Made by a program: the position numbers and the translations under genes. DNA of 63,824 nucleotides, filler included, from Reticulomyxa filosa (Eukaryota; Protista; Foraminifera), in assembly GCA_000512085.1 (NCBI GenBank). It is 22 parts of 22 records of this genome, joined end to end, with 100 filler letters (N's around TTAATTAATTAA, not from the genome) between each part and the next. Parts side by side here need not be neighbours in the genome. Positions count along the whole stretch, not along the records: positions 52,598 to 53,622 come from ASPP01024579.1; positions 53,723 to 55,405 come from ASPP01013657.1; positions 55,506 to 58,381 come from ASPP01010620.1; positions 58,482 to 60,212 come from ASPP01045907.1; positions 60,313 to 63,824 come from ASPP01016805.1; 17 more parts are not named here. One strand, given 5' to 3'. A model generated the notes under the pieces. That model saw nothing but the letters and a program-made list of their open reading frames with translations. It was not told the DNA's origin and made no database searches. Positions within the stretch are counted from its first letter, which is position 1. Every line of letters begins with the position of its first letter. This document shows positions 53,433-63,824 of the stretch, one piece after another.

Positions 53433-53622
53433 TTATCCCCAAATACGAATGGGACCTTTAACTGAACCATAACACAAATTCAAATCATATAAAATATTCT
53501 TTGTCTTATCTTTCTTTTTCAATACAATAAATTTAAAATAAGTTATTCCACCATCTTCTTTTTCATCTCCTTCGATCTTATACAATTGATTCTTATTTGA
53601 TCGAATATCCCAAAAACAAATT
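53433..53622 (-). CDS. 3' end of a WD40 paralog (5'-partial)
   Basis: FWDIRSNKNQLYKIEGDEKEDGGITYFKFIVLK..NLCYGSVKGPIRIWG*; downstream flank similar to ~16130-16200. Confidence 0.82.
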
Positions 53623-53722
53623 NNNNNNNNNNNNNNNNNNNNNNNNNNNNNNNNNNNNNNNNNNNNTTAATTAATTAANNNNNNNNNNNNNNNNNNNNNN
53701 NNNNNNNNNNNNNNNNNNNNNN

Positions 53723-55405
<1,683 letters not shown>

Positions 55406-57710
55406 NNNNNNNNNNNNNNNNNNNNNNNNNNNNNNNNNNNNNNNNNNNNTTAATTAATTAANNNNNNNNNNNNNNNNNNNNNNNNNNNNNNNNNNNNNNN
55501 NNNNNAAAAAAAACAATAATAATGCATATTTAAAAAGAAAGAAAATAAATAGAGATTGTCTGTAACGTGTTCTCAGTTATCCTTTAAAATAATTTGTCTT
55601 CAATATTTTGATTACAATCTCTCAATATCTCTGTGCTGATTGTAAAGTGACAGTCAGCATCTTATAATAGCGTTAACTCAAAAATAACAAGGTTGACAAT
55701 TCTAAAAAAGACTCTAGCTAAATAGCCATCAGCAAGTGACAATGATTTTTTATTAAAACATTTCTCAATTTTTTCTTTTCTTTGTTCGTAGCATTATTTG
55801 ACACAACATTTGTGGACTCTCTTTTTTATTAGTTTAATACTTTGAGATAAAGTCCTCAATGACAGTTTTTTCATTTGATTGATATTGTAGTAAAATAAAA
55901 AGTGTCAGTTATATGAATAATTTATTTTTCAAATGCTTGGTAGCACTCTGGAAGCTCTTTTTTTTGGTAAAGTTTTCCTGCGAAATATACTTTGTGAACG
56001 CGACAGTTTCCATATATTGTTAAGTTCATGCAGTGTTTGTATCTTGCGTCAAAGATTTTCTGGGTTAATGCCTCTAAGTCAATCTTCAAATGTAAAACAG
56101 TTAAAAGCTATTTTTTTTGGCTCCAGATTGAGCTTTTTGTTAAGTGATAAAGAGTGCATTTATAAATGGAGGAAAGGTTACCACAAGTAAATTCCATCCA
56201 GTGGTCAATTTCAAAGGCAAAGAGCATCGATTGGCTGTATATCTAATCAAAGACTATTTAAACACATAAGTTATCTTTACTATACTACGAAGCTGAGATA
56301 TCAAGATACCTGTTTATTGCTTGAATGAAACGTACGAATTACGTCTTTTTTGTCACAAATATTAATTTCAAATGCAACGTATCTTTCCATCTGTTTTGAC
56401 CATAAAAGTTGTTACAACAGTGTAAAATTTTCAAAAAAGTTTTCCTTTTTTTTCCTCTCCCTCTTCTAAAAACTTGAATACATTTTTCAGATGAATTATC
56501 AACAAATGATAAGGTGTCCCAATGTACTCAGTATCTTTATCAGGGAACGTTATACTCGCTTTAGTGTAATCTGGTGATTCAATTGAAACCACAGGACTTG
56601 AAACCTAAAACCATAGCACACTTTCTTTCAAAACCGTTTTACATAGCAAACAAAACAAACGCAAAGCTGTCTACATGACTTACATGTGGGTCATTCACGA
56701 TCATGACCTTGGACTTGTCGTCTTCTGTGAGAACACAAATGTATAGTGCAGCCTTTGGTGGTTTGTCAAAAGTAAACTAAGACAAACTTTGGAGTTTTAG
56801 CCATCCATGCAACAGTGATTTTGGATTACATCTAACTCTCCCCAAAAAAAAGTTAAGTACCAGAAAAGACTAAAGTTGTGAAACTTGAACCTGACAGAAT
56901 GCTCTTCATTTTTTGAATGGACAAAACTCACAGAAATGGCAAGATGCAAAACAATTCTTTATCTTTTGTAGTGCTATTTTGGTCTGAGATCATTCCTTTT
57001 ATGGAGGCAAAACGCAATACTGATGTTTTTCTTTCTTGCCAGGAAGTGGCGTGACAATTATGAGAGTTTATTCTGAAATAATACATTTTGCTAGAAATAG
57101 AAAAAATAATCTAAATATCTTTTGCTACTCCGTCAAATAAATAATTTTTAGATCGTACCTTGCATAAACTGGAAGCATAAAAAAAAAAAAATGCTTTGAG
57201 AGGCAAGTCTTTGCTAACTAACATTTTGATTATATTATATTCAATGCACAAGAGAGAGCTTTTACTTCTCTGGTAGTTTGAGACGCGAGCACTCTCGCTT
57301 CAACTAAAGTGTAACGAAGGTGACTTTTTGTCAATTTTCAGAAGAAAACTAAAATAAATGTTCCTAAAAATGTCCACTAGCCTGTTCGAACTTGCTCTAC
57401 AAGAGTTTTTTGTATTTTTTTAGTGATACTGCCACATTTTTTTCTATCGACAGCAGGTTAGTATAATCTTGGATTTTAACCTAATCATATTTGGTCGAAA
57501 TTTTAATCCATACTCATTCGTAATTCTTGGACTTACTTTAATAATCCGAAAGTGAAAAGATAGCAAAAGGTTTTCAGTGTTTTGAAGGAAGCATCCAACA
57601 ATCATGGAATTTGGGCTAATAAATAAAGTACCGCTCTACGAAAGGCGTCCGTTTTTTTTAAACAGGATTTTTTTCCCTTCCTTCTAAAAAAAACGCATCT
57701 ATTTGTGATC

Positions 57711-58356
57711 ATGGGATGTTGTATTTCTCCTGCTGCGATTAGTGCAAAAAGCATAAGCCATGAGAGCCTACCAACGAGCATAGATGCCACAGTATTAGGG
57801 ACAGTGCAGGGACCAACGAAGTTGTCGGACAATGCACCAGGAACAAGTCCTAGCACCCAAAAGCATATGCCAGGCAAGTCATTGACAAGCCAGCAGGACC
57901 CGGAGACAATCCATGGAGTGGGAGAGAGCGAAACTGCAGGACAAACATCAGCAAAAGAGAAGGAATAAAGATTCCACAAGGATCGAAAAGCAATGAGAAG
58001 ACAAATAAGGAAGAAAATGAGACAAACAGTAAGCAAGAGAACAAAGCGAAATCACAAGGTGAATTGGCATTGCAGGAGGAAATGAAACAGCAGCACAATA
58101 AAAACAATAATACCAATAATAATAATAATAATAATAATAACAATAATAATAATAATAGTTATAAAAAAAAGAGAGATATCAAAATAAAATGTGATTCAGA
58201 TTTGTTTTGGAAAGTGATTGAATTTGACTTTAACGAACATTACCATGACGTTTTGAGACTATCTCGTCAATGTCTTCGTTTGTCCCCTGACGTGTTATCC
58301 CCTCTTATTTTCCATTGTTTCAAATACAAGTGTTGTGTGGCAGTGATATATCCAGG
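57711..58356 (+). CDS. Hypothetical protein, first exon, with an MGCC acylation motif (3'-partial)
   Basis: MGCCISP..; one frameshift near 57962; poly-N tract; GT donor at ~58356. Confidence 0.6.
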
Positions 58357-58589
58357 TTACTTTTTTTTTTTTTTTTTTTTTNNNNNNNNNNNNNNNNNNN
58401 NNNNNNNNNNNNNNNNNNNNNNNNNTTAATTAATTAANNNNNNNNNNNNNNNNNNNNNNNNNNNNNNNNNNNNNNNNNNNNCCACTTTCTTTTTTTCTTT
58501 TTTTCATTCAGGTGGATTGTTCTATTAAACATAAACACACAATACACAGTTATCATTTGAACATAAAGGAAAAGCAAAAGAATTACCTG

Positions 58590-60157
58590 TTGAATTGTAA
58601 TTGCAATTCATCGCTCACAATGCAAGCCACAAAGTGGCTATTCCAACACAAGCTGCTTTCAATTGCATAGATCCATAATTATCTATAAACAAACAACAAG
58701 CAAAAAAATAACATTTATTATTCAACAACAACAAAGAAATAAGAATAACTTGTCACGACCCATGATATCGACAACTTCAATTGACATCAAATGGAATTGA
58801 TGATTTCATGCATTGTCGCTTGCTGATAATTTGAGTGGCTGCAAATGTGTGGAAATATATGGAGAAATGTGCGGAATAAAAAAATTTTGCAGTGCGAGCT
58901 TGTCCATTTCGTGCTGCATCTTGTGTTGAGGCTAAGTGCCTTATGAAAATACGCCTTTGTGAATATTGCGCTTGTTTACGTAAATGAAGATGGGTACCAC
59001 GACCAACTTGTTCGTCGGATGCGTTGTAACCCATTTTCCCCATTTGCGCTAACAGCGCTTCTATTACACAAAAGGCATATCTTTGCCATGGAAAGCAGAT
59101 GACGAACTTTTCGTCAAAGTTTGCTCCAGCAATTGCAGCTGGTTGGACAATCATTCCAAGTATGTCATTCTTTTTTCCATTTAGCAAAGGCACCTTGTAT
59201 TCGCACAATCTAATTTTGTTTGCTTGCTTGTTTGCTTGTTTTTTAAACAAAAAAAAGGAAGTAAAAGGACTTAACATTACAGCATTGGACAAAATAGTCG
59301 GCAAAGTTGCACAATACGATTTGGACGTGAAATTGTGCTTTGGATAAGTTTTGGACAGCAGGACATTGAAGATAAATCTGTCGTAGCTGCAGATAGTGTT
59401 GGTGGTCTGCTTCTTGTTTGTTGCCACGTGTTGTGACCAGAATTGTCGATCACAGACAGAGTCTCCAGTCCATACTCGATACTCGCTGTTGCACGATCTA
59501 TTGGACGATGGCGTGCTTATCATTAACTCCACTTTGCAAATTTTCAACAACCTGTTATTTTTGTTTTTTTAAAAAAATTATTTTTAAATAAAATTCATAC
59601 ACAATACACACAATCAATACTATCCACTTCATATCTCTTGATATACGTAATACTCCCTTTTTTTTCATGATATTTTTTTTTATTCGTCCTATCATTATTA
59701 TGTACCTGAATATTGCCTGTTTAAATATGAATTTGTAGACCGTTGATGATAGACTCGAAGTGGATGTGCACTTATTCATGGACAATAATTTTATGTTAAA
59801 ATTGCTCTTGGACCGATTTGGATTTGTAACAAAATTGTTTTGGAGAACACGTATAATTTCGTTTTCTGATTGCATCGATTCAATGTTGGAAATTTGTAAT
59901 GATGATTTGCTTGCCACGTTATTGCAGATTTGTAGATCTTGATCATACTTCAACATTTTCAATTTACACATGTAATTGGTCGAGTGCTTGATCAACATAT
60001 CACATGATACCAACAATATATTTGTACGGCCATGTTGTTTAAAGTGTGTTTGTCCACTAGTCCAGCTGCAACTGCTCGCATTTGCCTTATTTGCATTTAG
60101 CAGCACCACGAATGCACTTAATACATGCAGTATCACCAACACTAACGACAATTCCAT
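58590..60157 (-). CDS. Secreted or type II membrane protein, multi-exon, possibly decayed; weak exostosin (GT47)-like stretch
   Basis: Hydrophobic N-terminus MELSLVLVILHVLSAFVVLL; exons bounded by GT/AG; QYSQRRIFIRHLAS..AKFFY is only a weak match. Confidence 0.45.
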
Positions 60158-60312
60158 GTTACTGTTTGAATAACTAACCAATACTTTCTCCTAGTTTTTC
60201 CCCCTCCACTTCNNNNNNNNNNNNNNNNNNNNNNNNNNNNNNNNNNNNNNNNNNNNTTAATTAATTAANNNNNNNNNNNNNNNNNNNNNNNNNNNNNNNN
60301 NNNNNNNNNNNN

Positions 60313-60470
60313 AAATTTTTGAAAAAATTGGAAAGACTTATTAAAAAACCAAAATGATATTTAAAAACTACACGATTCGTAGATATTTTTAAAAAAAAAA
60401 TTTTGGAGAAACACAATCATCTCTATAAGGTGGCATTTTAGGTGTCAACTTTCTTTTCTATCTTACTAAG
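60313..60470 (-). mobile_element. Degenerate reverse TIR-family copy at the contig start
   Basis: gatatttaaaaactac..gtagatatttttaaaaaaa..ggagaaa..ggcattttaggtgtcaactttc resembles 52690-52813; its tail recurs at 16436-16465. Confidence 0.6.
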
Positions 60471-61499
60471 CACAATCTACAATTTACGCTTTTTTTGGGA
60501 AATTAGCATGTTTATACATTAGAAGCAAATTGCGAGTATATACTGTGTCATTTGTTTTATTTTATATCAGGCATACTTTTTCTATTTTCACAGCTGTTGG
60601 TGCTAAAAAAATTTTTCATAATTTTTTTTGATCCTTTTTTTTGATTTGTATATTTTTTAAATATCATATGTTTTTTTGGGCTTCATGAAGATTGTGATGT
60701 TGTTTTTAATGTTTCGTTTTGTGCAATTGTGATCAGAATCATTACTTACAAGCAGGACCTGCATAACCTGCCAAAAGAGAAAAATTTTTTGTGATTGTAC
60801 GAAATTTCGTCGAGATTTTCAAAGCAAATTAGTAAAAGTTAAAATCAATCTATCCAAAAATGAAAAATTTTACAAGTGAACAGATTATATTGATTATCGA
60901 AATGCAACAGCAGCTGCATAGATATTTGGAAACCTGCTTAATAGAAAAGAAAATATAAAACAAGAGCTATCCAATACTGCTTTTGAAGAGAAATCAGAAG
61001 AAAAAGAAGAACAATAGTCAAAAGAATGGCGAGAAGAAAGTGACGAACAAGAAAAAAAAGAAGAAGAAAGGACCTGCATCCAATCAACACAGTCCCTAAA
61101 ACTCGTAGAACGAAAAATACAATCAATTAATGCAACATGTGCAACTCATAAACAACAGAAACCAGAAGAAAAAGTAGAGTCCGTACGTAACCAATGTGCA
61201 TCTTCACGTAGTATGAAATTGTATATAAGTTAAATTTGGATTGTTGTTTTTTGCTGTTTTCTACTGAAAAATAGCTGAAACGTAAATAATTTGACTAAGT
61301 GGTCCTGAATGTTAAATTAAGGTGCGCTGAAAGCGCACAAACTAAAAGAAAAACCTCAAACGAAATAAGGGTAAAATATTTTATACCAAATGTTTAAAGT
61401 TTGAGTTTGGACTAGCGGTACATGAGTAAAAAGACTGTACTTTGAGATATGACAAAATGTAATTCACTAGATGTTTGGTTTGCTATACTTACTTGCAGT

Positions 61500-62470
61500 G
61501 AGTACAATATGCAAGTGCATTCCCTTTTGAATGGCAATATTTATTGATCCAAAGACTATATCTTTAGCTTTCTGGTCTCTGCATTCTTTGCTGGCTAATA
61601 CTTCGTCAATTTTATTAAAAACTTTGATTGCTTCGTGGTGCCAGTCGCCTGCTTCTTACGCTACTAAAGGAATGTATGATGAATTTGAGTTTTAGAATAT
61701 ATTTCTATAGTTCCTTATTTTATAATTAATAATCATTCGATGTGGTTAACTTCCCAGGTAGTTGGTTCGTTATATTCTTGTGTCCAATATCGACGAAGTT
61801 ACGATCGACGTCATCGTTGAACTATCTAATCAATGATATCTCCAGGTCGGTGTTGTTGCTGTTGGCATGAGCACCCGCTTGTGACTTAGTCCCGCACGCT
61901 TTAATAGCTTAGATATGCATGATGTGACTAAGTCTTGGCGGAATATACTGCATTTGACATGTGGGCAAACTAGAGCGTGTCCATTTGTGAGGGGCAATCA
62001 TGTCCACCTTAACATTTGTTGTCAGCTGTCTCGTGTTCTGATAGTCTGAATCGAATTAATGTTTGAAATTCTTTGTTGTCGAAGTGGGATGCTGTAAATT
62101 TATTGGGGAGCGTGTATATGTAGGCGGATGAGTAAGTCCTTTTTGTGGTTTTCTTAGTCACGATATCTTGGAAGAGTGATGTGTTGGCTTTACACGAATG
62201 GTTGTTGCCTCTGGGACGATCAGGGCTCACACGGGGAGCTATGGCTTTGGCTTTGGGGCATTGGCTACAACACATATGGGTGGGGCTCGTTCAGTGTTTC
62301 GCAATTGGTAACGATGTATTGAGATTTTGAGCAGTTAAAGTTGATAGTTGAATAGTCTGGACCTGATGACAAGGCAGAGCTGCTGATGCGCCAGTCTTGC
62401 CAACTCTCATGAGGGGAGTGGTTGCTTGTCTTTGTTTCATGGTTAGAAAAATCCAAGCAGGGTCACTATC
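61500..62470 (-). mobile_element. 5'-truncated non-LTR retrotransposon relic with a restriction-like endonuclease (CRE-like)
   Basis: YIYTLP..FDNKEFQTLIRFRL..C..GHALVC..RQDLV..ISKLLKRAGL..RPGDI..VDI..YIPLVA*EAGDWHHEA..INIAIQKG; many stops and frameshifts. Confidence 0.78.
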
Positions 62471-62627
62471 GACACCAAACTTACTAATGTTATCTTGAGT
62501 TAAATATTTATAATGGTGTATTTTAGGGGTCTTTTTTTTGCGGTCGATTGTATATACATTTTAATCATAAAAATAATAAAACAAAAGAGTTGATATTGTA
62601 AAAAAAACATAAATTACACAAATTACT

Positions 62628-63400
62628 TTAAAAAAAATTAAAGTATTCTTTAATTTTATCAATTAAACCATCTTTTTTTCTTTGTTGGATCGCACTCGCA
62701 ATAAGTTTTTTAATATTAAAAACTTTAATATAATCATCACTTTCCAATCTACAATCATAACATGACTTTGAAGTTTTGATATAATCTAATTCTTGTACAT
62801 GTCCAAAACTAATATCATTATCACATTTGCATAACATTGGAATAGCATGAACCTTTATTACATCATCCCATGAGCAATTTCCAATTACTTCAAAATTTTT
62901 TGACCATCGTTTACTCCAAATATATTTTTTATTTGTACAATTTCTTGTTCTATATTTGATAGCATTTCTTTTAAATCAGCAATATAACTTTCTTTATTAT
63001 TATCATGCAATAAATTATTTACAATATCGACTGTTGAAGCATCACAATGATGTATGGCACGTTTAATTACTTAGATTATATTTGGAAAAAAAAGATGTTA
63101 CGAAATATTCGTAAATATATATATATATATAATAGCTTTTGAGCTTACGCCCGGAGTTTAACTCAACGCCCACAACTAATAAGCAAACTCAATTATTTTT
63201 TTTTATACATACCCTTTTGTTTATGTTTGTCCTTCTTTCAGTCGTATCACCGAGTGCCATCAAAGTTCCAACAACGATTCGATTGTATGTCGCAATGTCA
63301 ATATCAGTCAACTCATTACTAAGAAAATCCATATGCATACCCAACAACGATTATTAGTAAAAAATACCAGAAAAAGTAAATTAAGATATTTGCATGATGA
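62628..63400 (-). pseudogene. Unassigned AT-rich decayed gene
   Basis: Protein-like fragments (AIHHCDASTVDIVNNLL.., KVHAIPMLCKCDNDISFGHVQELDYIK..) broken by frameshifts; (TA)n intron-like tract at ~63115. Confidence 0.35.
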
Positions 63401-63790
63401 TGAACTAAATGAAAATCATATTAATTTTATTGGTACAACATTCAATATAAAAATAAGGGTAGTAAAATGTATATTTAAAAAATGTATTATAATGATATGT
63501 TTAGCGCGGACTTGGTGGTACTTTCTGAGTTATTAAACATATACTTCATTTTTTTTAATATTATATTGCTCCTTCAACAATTTTAGTCAACTTTCTTTTG
63601 AATTATACTATATGAGATAACATATGAATATTTATCATACAAAATTTCAAATATGCAAAATCTTATTATAAACTATTCTTGATTTATTTTCTTTTTTTAA
63701 TATCAATTAATTACAATTATACCACTTGTCATAACAACTTGTATATAATAGTCATTGTGAGAAAATAAAATTAAGGATCAATGTATTCTA

Positions 63791-63824
63791 CAGTAGATTG
63801 CAAAAAAAACTGCCATACCTAAAG
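63791..63824 (+). mobile_element. TIR start at the window end
   Basis: TA|CAGTAGATTGCAAAAAAAACTGCCATACCTAAA matches the copies at 13155 and 27787. Confidence 0.78.

Noticed and set aside
57270-57310. GCGAG-cact-CTCGC hairpin as a Helitron end or terminator
   Set aside because: Single short hairpin, no CTAG terminus and no second copy.

Overview
This is not one locus. It is 22 short draft contigs joined by artificial 100-bp linkers (N44-TTAATTAATTAA-N44), so adjacency across linkers means nothing. Almost all of it is AT-rich, intron-rich eukaryotic DNA with microsatellite-filled introns and expanded WD40 and Kelch-like families; this pattern points to a foraminiferan such as Reticulomyxa filosa (inference). 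Recognisable content: WD40 and Kelch-like paralogs, a dual-specificity phosphatase, RasGEF, a SPRY protein, a GH13 alpha-amylase, two CAP-Gly proteins, a PPi-PFK-like domain, several decayed genes (myosin-PH, PH, RNF213-like RZ finger, DEP plus flavoprotein reductase), Tc1/mariner-type elements, a CRE-like retrotransposon relic, and one GC-rich bacterial rpoB contig. The strongest leads are: (1) a CaMK-like pseudokinase that splices in frame into an actin N-terminus; (2) a ~34-aa module on its own exon, found at the N-terminus of WD40 proteins and the C-terminus of Kelch-like proteins; (3) a trefoil domain inserted inside the amylase catalytic barrel. All calls come from reading motifs by eye; no searches were run.
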